Assembly (NCBI GenBank): GCA_973895155.1
Contig: OZ316894.1
Coordinates: 1,752,457-1,816,456 of the forward strand
Reading direction: 5' to 3'
Source: Marsupella aquatica
Lineage: Eukaryota; Plantae; Marchantiophyta
Length of the DNA: 64,000 nucleotides
In this document: positions 48,801-61,699 of the stretch, piece by piece
Layout of the letters: the number at the start of each line of letters is the position of its first letter
Position numbering within the stretch: position 1 is the stretch's first letter
Translations under genes and position numbers: made by a program
Notes under the pieces: generated by a model
The model's database searches: none
What the model saw: only the letters and a program-made list of their open reading frames with translations
Told to the model about the DNA's origin: nothing

Positions 48801-51800
48801 TTTGAGTTGAGATGAAACCCCACTGGTCCTTACTTCTTTTGAATAAAGATACCTTTCCACCAGTGGGTGTCAGCCTTTGACTTAGGTGCTCGTTGTTGTT
48901 GTTGTAGGAATTCTATAAAACACACCAAACTAAAAACCAAGGGTGCTTCCACCGTACATGCTAGTTACACAGCTTCACAAAAAGACGTCCCCCCCTTAAA
49001 AACTACTAGCCCCTATTACAAAGAACTTCTTTGAACGTAAATAGGAGAGAGGATGATAAGAGAATTATCAAAATATATTTTTTATTCATATTCTTTGAAG
49101 GTTAATGAAATGATAAAAAATTATCATTTTAATAGTCATATATAATATACCATTATCTTTTATGTGCACATGAGTCTTTTTTGTATGCACATCCATCTTC
49201 TATGCACATATGTTCTGGTGGGGCCATAGTGCCTATAGAAATTATCACAAAAAACTGACATGTACATACATCATAGTCATGTTATGAGTTTCTCCCATGG
49301 ATATGATGACCATAGAGTTATGGTCTAGAGGCTTCACTCTATACCTAGGCTCTTAAAAGTAAACTTGAGTTGGCACTTTTATACTAAGATGATCCACCCA
49401 ACTTTTATTTTTTTAGAGAGTACTGTCGGGAGGACTGAAGAACCCCAAGAAACTGAATTACCTGACAAAGAAGCTCGTACTATAAAGGTGAAAACTATAT
49501 CTCTGCAAAAGAACAAAAAACTACACGATTGGGACTGACATTCTCCCACACTTGAAAGACCCAATCAAGGGGAGGCAACCAATGAACCCAAAAGCATGAT
49601 GGACCCAAGAGAAGACCTCTCTTGGTGATACCTTGGTTGGTAGCCTACTCAGGTTATAATGTCTTATTGAGATATTTTGGTTCTGATTTATTTAAGGCAG
49701 TATATCCTTTGCATTTTAGACTTTGAAATTATTTTTACCCCCGTTTTTACCCCTTTGAGATTTTTAATTTTCTTTTTCAGCTTTTTAAGTACTTTGCCAC
49801 TAAAGAAGTTCTAATTGACAATATTGGCACTACTTTTGGGGTATTTATAAAAATACCAGGGTTTTGTATATGGATGACAAGTTTACCAACTGAAAGTAAC
49901 CAGGGGAACTATATATGGAAACTGTTACATTTTTGTAAGGAAAAACAATGACAATATTATAAATTAAAACATCTTTACTGATAATGTACCTAAAAGCTGT
50001 TTTCTTTTTTGAAACTTTTTCTTTAGTTCTATATTGATTTCTCAATCTTGCCCATCTTTTGCTAGAATATGCTACCATTTCATCCTTATAATCACATTAT
50101 ATTAAATTGACTTTGCATACACTATACTATTTGCTTACTCCCTAAGCTATCTATTCTCAAGAGTGTAATGAAATCCAAGAGCTGTGAGAAACGGTCTCCT
50201 AAGTTTATGGTTTTGAGTAACTTACATGTTACTAGCCTAAGTCATTGAAAAAGACATGAGAGCCCACCATTATTTGAAAGGGATTCACAATTGTCTAAAA
50301 GCTAACCAGTTGCCTACTAGAAAAATGGCATGTGGGGATAGAAGTGGGGACAACGCTTTATAAAGCGACGAGGGAAGACAATGTTTAAGGGAATAAGAAG
50401 TGAGGCACAAGTACCAAGACAACCATAACTAATTTATTGTTGCTTTTAAAAGGGTTCCTTAAAAAATACTCGAAAAAGAATGACTAAGTATTCTTCTCTC
50501 AACATGGGAATCCTTTGAGGAGAAACACTACAAGACAAATTATTTTACCTTTTAGGGGGCAATCTTCACACTTTTAGGTACCTTACATAATATTTGTTCT
50601 GGGATTCACTACATTGCCATTTTTTTCCTTTCTATTTATTTATATCACAATGTCACTATTTTTATGGGTTTAAAATTTAACTTAGGTTAGCTCTATCATA
50701 TGCAATGGACTGTGTCATTGCACCTGTCCAGTTTCTTGGTCAGACAACCTGGGTCTCCCCCAAGGTGAGTTTGAGCACCCTTGGGTCAGTTGATCGAGGG
50801 GTGAGTTGGTTTGTTCCTTCCTGCCATGCCGCCTGCCATCTGGCACCCAACCTCTGTCTAGGGCCATCCTGTCCTTGCCCACTGCCTCAGTCTCTGTCCT
50901 GCTAAGGGTGATCAAAGTTATCTTGCAGGAGACCAGAGTCTTCCAACCAAGGAATTGTGTGCGACGAGAGCCATCGGATGTGAAAGAATTGACCTAGGTT
51001 AATATTCTTTCACCCACAAATGAAAACAGTGACATTATGATATAATAATGGAAGATATCCAATGTATGTATTGTGCCAGAAAAACAGTGGTCTAGTAAAT
51101 CCCAGAATATATATTTTTTGAATTGTTTTATCTAGGTAAGCTAGTCCTAACAGCTTTTTAATTATTACCGTTTTGGGGGAGATTGTTTAAAATTGGGGCA
51201 ACTCTATGGATGTGGTTTTCCTTGGGTTTGTTGCAGTCCTCGACACTTTTCTCTAAGTGTTAATTTCATTTTTTGGCTTTTTTGTTGTTGCTTAGTGAGT
51301 CCCGAGTGATTTTGTGTGTTATGAATTAAAAACCAACAGATCATAATTTTGAGTCCAAGCCTTGCATTCTTCTTCCCCAAACTCCTGCGCAAACCAATCC
51401 ACACAATTGAAGCTAATACTCCAAACCCAAATCAACTTACACCAGAGACTTGCTTGATGGGACCCCAAAACAAAACATGTTACTTGATAGGACCCTTGAG
51501 TGATCCAGACCATTGATTAACCTTGAATCAACGTACCCAAAACTTCAGGGGTCCTAGCTATCAAGTAACGCAATTCATTTTGGAGTCCCATCAAGCAAAT
51601 CCCTCTACACCAGACAAGCCAGTTCTTGACATGCTCTCATTATTAGATCACACATGAATAATTGACTCGGTAGACTTCCTGTCATCCCACAAATAATATA
51701 AATTAATCCAAAATGGATTTATGGACAGAACCAAAAACCTACCAAGTGGTTGCAACAATCTCACTATTTTTATTAGAGCAGGCCAGTTCAATGCCTGGTT

Positions 51801-52334
51801 AAAAGACAACAAAATTTTCCAAGTTATTCACACACTAACCGTATTCTATCTTATTTGAAGTATTCATTAGTTTAACTAATTCACAAAATAGAAGCTAATA
51901 ATGTTATTCAAGATTATTGAAATAATGACTGTAAAAACATCATAGAATATTGCTAAACTGAAAGTGTTCAATTATAATTACTCACCTGGCTTTTACTAGA
52001 TTGACTACTGTTTTCCTCTAATATAACTACTTGCCATCATTTTTTTAATATTTAGCTACAATGCCACCTTAATAGTTTTTCAGTCTCTGGTTCCCTATAG
52101 ATACTTGCAAAGTATCTATTGCAACTTGGACCTACTACACTCACAACTGGTCAATTGACCCCGCTGCTTGGGCCGCTGCTCCCTCAATCAACCTTGTTGC
52201 TTGCTTGATCAACCTCCATATATGGATTGCCCCTTGCGTATGCAGCACTTGGGGGTTTCTCTTTCACAAAAATGACATATCACGTGCAAAGAAGGATAGA
52301 GTTATTTTATTGGTTCTAAGAGAAGACTTAAGAA

Positions 52335-52533
52335 TTTTTGCAGAAGAACCATAGGGTCTTTTAAATTCAATTTTGAGACTTTTAAGGACACTAGGGTCTT
52401 TTTAATTCAATTTTTGGAATATTCTTGGAATATTCCAACTTTATAGGGGTTCAATTTTTTTCTTACATTTTAGGGGGTCTGAGGCCTAAAAATGTCGCAG
52501 TCGATGGGGAGGTCTCAATATGGTGAGACCCCC
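52335..52533 (-). repeat. Inverted copy of the AT-rich repeat, ending in an imperfect hairpin
   Basis: Reverse-complement similarity to 41740-41910. The end reads GGGAGGTCTCAATATGGTGAGACCCCC. Confidence 0.55.
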
Positions 52534-53321
52534 GAGACACAACAACTTTACTATGAGTTTGACCACGTTGCCCAATCCGTCCAACTACAACCACAATATT
52601 AAGTTTGTCATGCTCCCGCAGCATGATACAGAGTGTTGCAATTAAAACTTGACTGTATACATTGATAACAATGTATACACATACTTAGAGGACACACATA
52701 ACATCAAAATGAATGCGTGCATCTTAAACAAATGTAGAATGTATTCAATTATCTAAAACCTGCCATAATGCAAGCATAAACTTGGATTGGGCCAACGATA
52801 AATTTTGGCTATTTTCCATTGCATTTTGCACATCTTAAAGGGTACCCACATGAGAGGAACACGAGCAAAAACAAGAGTAGAAACAACAAGAACAAGCAAC
52901 ACAAGCAAATGTCAAGAAATGAATCTAAATGCAATGAGAACAAAATAGGTTCCCAACATGTTTCAACTTTTAAAATTTTTTGTTCACTTAACATTTTTAT
53001 ATTACATTCACATGGTCTTCAAAAAAGAAGCTATGGGGCTTGTTGTTCATGGGGAAGCTATGGGGCTTCTTGTTGTTTGTTTATCGAACGGTAACTCCGT
53101 ATAATTTCACTACTTCACAACCAATACCGTTTTAATTGTATCATGGGGACGTGGAGGGACGCTATTTAGACTTCATCACACCATAAAAGAGTATATATTT
53201 TTTTGCTCCTGAAAATGCATTTTTTGATATTTAAGTCTACCAACTATCTCACCCTTCACTATAATTTTTGATCAAGCCCCATGGACTACACTCTCTACTT
53301 TCCTCTTGGTCTCTAGTGGAG

Positions 53322-54681
53322 TGTTGTCACCACTCCTCTGGCTCACAAGGCTGACCAGACCTTGCAAACTTCTCTCAGGAATCCACTTGGTGGGTCGTTT
53401 CACAAAAAACACACCGAAACAGCTACAGGAAGAACACAACTATGAAAGAAAAGAAATCATAACATGCAACAAAATTTGGGGAGTCAAGCTGAATCCATAT
53501 CTTTTGGTGAACAAGTAATACATTGCATGAGTAACCCGACCTCTTGCCGTCTACTCAAATCCTGCCTCACTATGACAACGAGTACTTCTCACCTCACTAG
53601 TACTCCAAATGACTTCCCTCTCTATGCTACGAGCTAACACTCCATCAAAACTAGACTGAGTTTCCCCAATTCACTACGGGACTCCCTTCTAAATACTCCA
53701 ACCACACCAAAGCACCCCTCATGGGGTCAGAATGACAGTGGCTGCCCTAGCGGTGCCGCTAAAACCCCATTCAAGAAATCCCTAACCAAAAACATGCGGC
53801 ACACACATGTCATTTAAAACCCTATCCTATGGAACCAATGGTGCCTTTGACGGTGCCAACAACAATCCATAGCTCATGAAAAGTGCCCGGAAAAGTGAGG
53901 GAGCTCTACCATTGTCAAAACCTAAGACTATTTTAAATACTCCTCTAATAAGTCTTGGGTAGCCTTGCACCTCCTGATCACAGATCTGTAAACAACGCCC
54001 AAAACAGATCCCAAACGACCGAGTTATAGGGGTCTAAATCCGTAAAACTACCAAAACTCTCAAGCTTGTAACTTATCTGTCTTGGTTCCGTTTTGGGAGC
54101 GCCACATCTTGTTGGAATTGGATCCTCAAGCTCCTTCCAACAAGCCCATGAGTTGACCATTCTAAGATGTGTCAAAAACAAAAATTATCTGTATGGCTAA
54201 CATCCATATGGCCTACTAGTCCTCCTCATCACCACCACTAGTCCACTGTAAAAGGAGGGGGCCCCAACAATTGTTCAAACTTAAATGTTCTCATAATCCA
54301 CTTATGAAAAAATATCTGAGGAGCCCTGCTCTTTCTGATCACGGCTCCATAAACAACGCACAAAATGGAGGTCAAACAGTCGAGGTACGGCTGTTTATAT
54401 TTTTACGGTAATCCGGGCACCGTCTCCCTCCTCTCCATCTGTACAACACACAACCCCAGCTTTGCAAAACATGGATCACGGATCCCCTTATGTGCTACTA
54501 ATTCCTCATCCCTTGGAAAGCATGTACCTCTTACAGTACGGACGTCCATATGGCCTCAAAACTCCCATACTCTGAAAAAAAATGCAATCCATTGTATCTT
54601 CTCCATCTTAGCTCCGTTTCTACTTATATACATAATTATAAGTCATCACTAAGTTACTATCGGGTTTGGGGCCCTGTCACA
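53322..54681. mobile_element. Possible solo LTR or LTR remnant
   Basis: TG...CA-bounded non-coding block ending GGGGCCCTGTCACA. No matching TSD was found, so support is weak. Confidence 0.25.
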
Positions 54682-56885
54682 CTTGCAAACTTCACTACGG
54701 TCATGTAAACCTTTTCCTTTGTAGTTTGGATGCAATAGCCATAATGTATTCAACCAAGCTGGGAGGAGGCGCTACGGTGCTTGGGTACTCCAATGTGGTC
54801 ACAAGATCCTTCATTTGTAGTTTGAATACATTAGCGACATTGTATTTAACCAATTTGGGAGGAATCGCTAGTGTGCTCTAACGCAACCATAAGACCCTTC
54901 ATCTCAAGTTTGAATACAAAAGTCACAATGTATCAACCAAGCAAGGAGCCAAGATGTACGTTGCACTTCGGCACTTGAATTGGGTGTTGACTCCATTGTG
55001 GCCAGTGGCTATTGCTTTTGTTATTCACGCACTACACATCATTCTACCTTTTGATGTTACTATACTTGACTAACCACAATGTTACCAAGCTGCATGTAGT
55101 CAGCTTAATCTGTGTTGTAAACAATTTCACAAAAACATTGTTATACGGAGTGGGTCGCTCCACTGGGAGAGAATCTGAAACTTTATTTTGAGTCCATTGG
55201 GAATCTTCATCTTTTGGTCCATCAAGAGAAAATGTTTGGTTTGAAGTTCCACTAAGTATATCTCTCAACAAGCTAGAATGGTCTCAAATTTATTTCACCC
55301 TTGGATTGACTCAAAAGGTGCATGCCCAACGGATCTACTTGCTTTGAGATAAGTAAGTACAGGGTAAATAATGACATACCTATTGTGAATATTAATCAAG
55401 TACTCTAGCTATAAAGTCATAACATAAAATGCTTTATGACACATAGCCCCTAGATGAGAAGTACATTGGTATGAGAACCTTTCACTATATGACATATAGG
55501 AGGGAGAGCATGAGGGAGGCAGGGAGTCAGAGCAAAAGAAGAGAAAAAGAGGGTGAAGCAAGGGAAAAAGGACGAAAAGCAGAGGGGGAAAATGGCAAAA
55601 CTCCCTGCCCCCCACCTAATGCAATTTAACCACAATGATGCCAACTAGTGGTCCCTTCCCTCATGCATTTGTTTTTGGTCTTGCCTAGGTACACTTGTTT
55701 AATTATGTCATGTACATTTCCTTGCCTTGTCTCAACATCTTTGCCTCGCCTTTAAGGGGCCTCAACATCTTCTGTGCCGGCATCATGCCCCTTTAAAGGC
55801 ATCAGGCTAGTAAAACAAGTAATCAAGATAAAACAAGATAAAGAAAAAAATTCATGGGAAGGGAGGGGGCCAGGAGAGGATGTGGGAAGGAATAAGGGAA
55901 AAGGAGTATGGGGAGTGGCCAAATGGTAATTTTATTTCTCCCAACTGCTTGACAAAAATATCTGCCCCCTAATAGGACTTCACTAGCCTTGATTCTTGCC
56001 CCGCCTACCTAGGCCAACCTAGTACCTTTGTGCATACTACAGGCACAGGCAATCTGTAACACTTTTGGGAAAAGATGATACTTTTTGCAATGACAACAAT
56101 TGCAGAAGGAAAATTGGAGGGTTGGGTTCTTTCCGTAATGCTTTTGTGTTGATTGCATCTGCCAGCATCGATCAATAACACTTGCTTAAACTTGTGGGCA
56201 CTTAACCTTAATTTATGTTGAAAAAAAATCCATTTTCCACATTTTGGGGCCTCCAATTTGATTTCAGTAAGGCTGTCTACATTCCACGTGAGTAGTTACA
56301 CTTCAACATTACAATGCAAGGGAACCCAACCAAGCATCCAAGGTTTGCATGTGTTTTCTTCCTGGTTACTTTTCTTTTTGCATGCAATTTTTTCCTCCCC
56401 TTCTGAATTGCAATTCAAATGCATTGTTTTGTTTTGTCAGTGTATAATATGCTTATGACCATGTCTGCATTAATTCTGCAACAATAGGACTTTTGCTTTC
56501 AATTGACAACACTTTTGCTTGACCAACATGTTAACCTGCTTGACACTCTGCAGATTCCTGCTCATTGATAGTGTTTGTATTGCTCATTGATAGTGTTTGT
56601 ATAGCATGCTCGCTAGAATCAACTTGAACACATTGCAGCTAGAGGGAACCGGGCTGCACAAATCTAGTGGCAGTTCTTTTTTTTGGAAAGATGGACACTG
56701 CCATTCGGTCACAAAAGAGAAACCCAGGCTATCTCCTGTTGATTTATCAGATGATCAGCAACCCAATCAGCAACATTTGGATGGAGAGACAACAACACAC
56801 CGGGCAAAGCACTTACCATGCCAACGCCACCTGTTCCCCCCTACAACTCATCTTGCATGGGATTGTGGTGACTGTATGTGCCACG

Positions 56886-59800
56886 GGTAACGTGTCACTT
56901 AACGGAACCCAGGTCATAGATTAGGCCTTATACGGGCATTAGGACCGTAGCCATAGCGTAGAATAGCACGTGTAGCCGTCTGTTGCCATTATGAATAGAT
57001 TAGGAGTAGGTTAAAATGACCGAATAATTACGAGTTCAGGAAGAGGATTATTACGCACGACCGAGGTACGGTGGCGGCAGCGGAGTAAAAATCAGTTAGA
57101 GGAATCACGCTTGGACCGAGGCGCCGACTTCAGCTCGTTATCAATGACCAAACGGCCTGGCCTTCTCACGCTCGGGCTCATCCGGGCACCTCCATAAGAG
57201 AGGAGCCGATGGTGCTACGGGCCATTTGCTCATGTCTACCTTTTTTGAATTCGCGGAAGTTGCCACCCACTTGCCCTTCTGATCGAATCAAGTCGACCTT
57301 TACAAGGAGATTATCAAGGGAGAAGAGCGGAATGTGGCAAGATTTAGTTAGGACGAGCGAGGCCTCCACGAGAAAGAGGACCAGCCGGGTGGGAATGCGG
57401 ACTCAACGAACCGGACTACGAGGTTAGTATGACCCTCACAGCCTTGGGATTTTGGACCTTGTTTGGCGAGGTAGGTGCTAAGTTCTCCGAGACTTACTGG
57501 TACTCTTGTCCCAAGAAAGCCGCTTACGAACGAAGATACACGAAGCTGGTGACCAAGGTAGCACTGGTTAATTGCGAAAGGACAGCCATCACCAGGGATT
57601 CCAGCTACAATGAGCTGCGAGACTACATCACCGAACTATATCTCAGCGAGGAAGGGCTTAGATCGGTAGCAGAGGCAATTCTTGAGGTCCCAGCGAAGTT
57701 CTTTAAGCTGAAGGGCAGCCAGCGGCTTACTCAAGCGGAGTTTGACAAGATTCCAGGGTACCTAGACCAGCAGATCGCAGCCGAAAAGCGCCAAGAAGAC
57801 ATCAGCAGACAATGGGAAGCGGTGCGTAATCTTATGTTTCTCGGGGGAAGCTCCAACGCCTTCAACTGGGATATGGCTACCCCGATACCACTAGTGCCTC
57901 AGCCGATGACCACCGGCGTACTGCCGAGTCGGTCCCAAGTCCGTCCAGTAATCAACACAGAGTGTTCTTCGGATTCTGAGTGAGTTAGTCCGCAACTCGA
58001 ACAGCGTTCTCGTAAGCGGCCAAGGACTACGACGGCCCCCGAATCAACAACGCAAACCAACGCCACGCCTGCACCTGCCCCGGCAAACCCCCCAACCAAC
58101 CAGACCCGACGGCCCTCGGATAACCCGAAGTCCAACTTATTACAGGTAATCCGCGTCCCCAAAGTAATCTAGATCGCGATCAAGAAACTCGAACATGCGG
58201 ACTATCTTAAGGAGCATCAGTTGGAGCAGTTCGCTCACTTGCTATGGAGGCCATGCGCCGCCCCGCCGAAGGAGATTTGTGAGTTCATCTCCAATTTTGA
58301 CACTGATGCGTCGACCACCAAGGTTTCGGGGCAGGCCTTATCACTCACGGAGCATCGGTTAACGCAAATCTTCTGCCTACCAACCGGGCCGGTGCTGGTT
58401 GAAATCCGAATTCGGGATAAGGAGTATACACCGCGGCACTTCAAACCCGAGGGTAAGACGGACAACGGATACAAGCAGGGGGCATCACCAACTTAACCTG
58501 CATGGAGCGGCTTAACTTCATACGGACTACCCTACACATGATTGAGCCACGATCCGAGATTTCCCTCTACACGATCGTGCAGGTGGAACAGTACAAACGG
58601 CGGAACTGGGCCCAATTCTTCTACCGAAGATTCTCGGGGGAGCTGAAGCGGGCTCAGGGTGGTATGGCTATTGGGGGGAAGACTTACTTGGGAAGTCATA
58701 TCGCCATGATCCTCGCCTGGTACAAGGCACGGCGGGAGGCCAGAGGAAAGAATATGGCCACCTCAGCCTCGGCTAATGTCACCCCCGCCCCGGAGGAGGC
58801 AACCCCGAGCACGCGGACTACCGTCCCTCGGGCAAACCCCGAGCCGGAAGCCCTGACTAATACTCCGCCACCTCCTCTTGTGGAAATTCCGCCGCCCCCT
58901 TCTGTTGAGCCTCCACTACCCGCAGTACAACCACCCCCAATCCCTCCACCACCTGAAGATATCTTCCCCTCCCCAGCGCTGACTACAGAGGAGATCGTTG
59001 CTCCACCCGAGGAGCCACCGGTACCCGAGAGGATGGAGGACTACCAAGTAGCCCCGGGGACCATGGCCTACGACCTGGTCCAGAAGTTTAGCCAGACTAT
59101 GTCTGGGAAGCTGGCAACATACATCGGACAACAAGTCTCGGCGTACTTTCAACCAGCCTTCGTCATGTTAGAGCACCAACCACGGATCGTAAGCCGCTTG
59201 GAAGAAGAACTCATGGCAAAGGGGAATGAGATCGGGCGCCTCCAGATGCTGGTAGAGCACCTCGAGGAGGAGGCAACGACCCGCCGTGAGGAGTTAGTCC
59301 ACACCGTCGAACAGAGGGACGGACTAACCCAGGAGTTAAGCGGAGCGCAGGCCGAACTCAAGAAGCTGGACGACACCGTGCTTCAATTACGCTCAGAATC
59401 TTTGGCTCGGGTTACCAGCCTGACCGACCTCAACAAACAATTCCTACAGGCAGCACAGCAGGTGGCTAGTCTCTCCGCCAAACGAGATAAATTGCTAGCG
59501 CAGGACCAGATCCATCGCGACTCCATCGACCAGCTCAATCTGAAGGTAGCGCGGCTCCAGACCGAGGCCGATGAAGCTGCAAATGAGGCGGAGGAGGCAG
59601 TACGGGACAACAAGGCTTTGCAGGACCGCGTTACCCTGCTCATCCTTCAGCGGGGAAAACCTGGGCCCACCTCTGATCAAGGCGGCTCGAGGCCTCGCCC
59701 CGACAAGGGGACCAGCCCTGGTCCAACCACAGCCCACACGTAAGGGGTGGTTAGCGAAGGGTGGAAGCAGGTGCCGCGCAAGGCAGTTAAGATAGCGGCA

Positions 59801-60637
59801 TCTTTTGGGTTAGGTGTAACGACAGAATAGCTGTCATTAGGCGCCGATTAGCGACAGTAGGAAGAATTAGGGCCAGATCAGTTAGGATCAGCCAACGTAG
59901 GATGGAGTCCATCAACGGACTAGAGTTTTTTAGTAGGCTTGCCCGCTGCCATTGCGGTCGGCACCCTTGTCGTCGACGGTCAACCTGTTAGTGTGGCACG
60001 GCCCGTTAGTCAGAAGGTAGTTAGTCAGTAGGTAGTATCCCGGAAGGTAGCATCCTTCGGTTCTTTTTCGCAATTGTAGTATTTAGGCTTCCCCTTCCGC
60101 TATGGGAGGGGAGAAGGCTTAGTTATCTCAGGAGAAGAAAGGTGAGGCGCGGGGAGTCCCGGCCTGAGCAAGGTCAGAGCGCACCAAGGAGTGAGAGCCA
60201 GAGTCGAGCTTGCTGGGCAAGTGTGAGGCGGGGCCTCGTAGAGACTGGGCATCGACTGCTGTTGGGCCTGCTGACCCCCTTTGAAGTCGAGTCAACCATG
60301 TAAACTGATGCTTCACTGAGTAAATGTAGTCTTTTCCCTCTTTTGTTTCCAAGAGTAACCGGTGTTGCGTGTATGCTTTGTTTGGGCAAAGGCGCCATTT
60401 TAAGGGACGTACCGGGTGCGGACTAATGGTAGGGATTGCCACCCATTGTATGTCGCAAGGTTCTGTCGCATCGATGGCTTGAAAAGCCCCAAGCCGGGAG
60501 TTAGTCCGAGTCACTAACTGAGGGAAGATTCCAGTGGTGGAAAATAAAAGATACCTATGATTAGTACGAATTGCTTAAGTATCATATCGGTAAGTATATT
60601 GACTTAGCCCGACTTAGGGCTAATCGGGGTCACTACA
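56886..60637 (+). mobile_element. LTR-retrotransposon-derived 3.75-kb segment with LTR-like ends and one accessory ORF
   Basis: Abrupt shift to GC-rich, CpG-containing sequence. Ends are (G)GTAACGTGTCAC and CGGGGTCACTACA, resembling TGTA...TACA LTR termini. No gag or pol motifs inside. Flanks CACG/CACC are only a near match. Confidence 0.5.
57429..59743 (+). pseudogene. Gypsy-type accessory protein (plant-transposon/Athila-ORF-like domain, Pro-rich linker, long coiled coil), ~770 codons, disrupted
   Basis: ORFs 57429-57983 and 58221-58496 share a frame across stops at 57981 (TGA) and 58170 (TAG). A 1-nt frameshift in the G-run near 58480 joins 58502-59743. The motif ICEFISNF....TKVSGQALSLTEHRLTQIFCLPTG resembles the V.EF..N...V.G..I.L....I..I..LP pattern of Gypsy accessory ORFs. 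Confidence 0.65.
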
Positions 60638-61699
60638 CACCTCCTTGCCCAAACCCTCACCCCTACTGGTGGTCAAGGTCGTGCCATGGCACTAAACTGG
60701 ATTTAAGGCCCAGGTTAGGGACGCGACACTGTCCACGCCAGGCTCCAACGTAGCAGAAGAGCTACTAAGGCTCCGCGCCTACACAGGACTTTAACTGAGA
60801 TTTCTCTGATGACTGACAGATCTGCGACGAGAAATCGCACTCCACGCGTTAGCATTTATGATGGTTGATTTTAGAATTAAGTATAGCACTCAAGGTAGGA
60901 TCAACTGCTTAGAGAGACACAAGACTGAATGGACTGAATTTCACCCCTGGTGCATGAGAGACTCAGGTCCAACTGTGATAGATACAATAGATGTTGGCCA
61001 GAGCATGTGGACTACTGATTGGAACATGTGGCTTAGCCAGTGGACTCATGTTATGCCTGCAAAATGCTGGTTGATCTTGATCCACTCTTGAGTTACTTAG
61101 TTGGTTCCCGGTGGCTGTTTAATTTTGCTCCCCGCTGTGGAGCTTTGGTGTCTCTTTCGCCTGTCCTTGGGTTTTGTGGCGTGTGTGTGGCCCTTTGGGC
61201 TTGTTGTTCTCTGTGCCGCTAGTTTTTTCTGTGGTTTCTTTGAATGTCAATGTGCACACCGTCGCTCCTTTAAAAAAGAGTGACAAAATAGGAAAAAAGC
61301 TATAATTTTGAAAAATCCACAACAACTATTGTTACTTTGGACTCAAGATCCATTTTTTACAAGCAATTTAAACTAAAGTGTAAAAAATCTGTTTGGAAAC
61401 CCCACAAAAATTAGTCTTACTTAAACTTAAAATCATTTTTACCAAAATTAGTGTTAGTAAGACTAATTTTGTACTAACACTAATTCTTGAATAATGTCGT
61501 GACATATAGTATCGTAGCCATAGTGTATCGAAAACATATAAGTCACCGGCAAGGCATATGTGCAAGCTGCTAGCAACCAACAGGCATAGAAAAAGTCCAA
61601 TCACATTCACAAGTGCCAAGAAAAAGCAAATGAAGTGATATGTACGTAGTGGAGGTGTAAACCTCTGTATCCCCCCCAGACCACAGCCAAAAGGAGGGC

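Noticed and set aside
41740-52533. A single 10.8-kb TIR transposon bounded by the inverted AT-rich repeats
   Set aside because: The arms are quite diverged, no TSD or transposase was seen, a third copy lies at 35820, and the 130-bp repeat occurs both outside and inside. Independent insertions explain it more simply.
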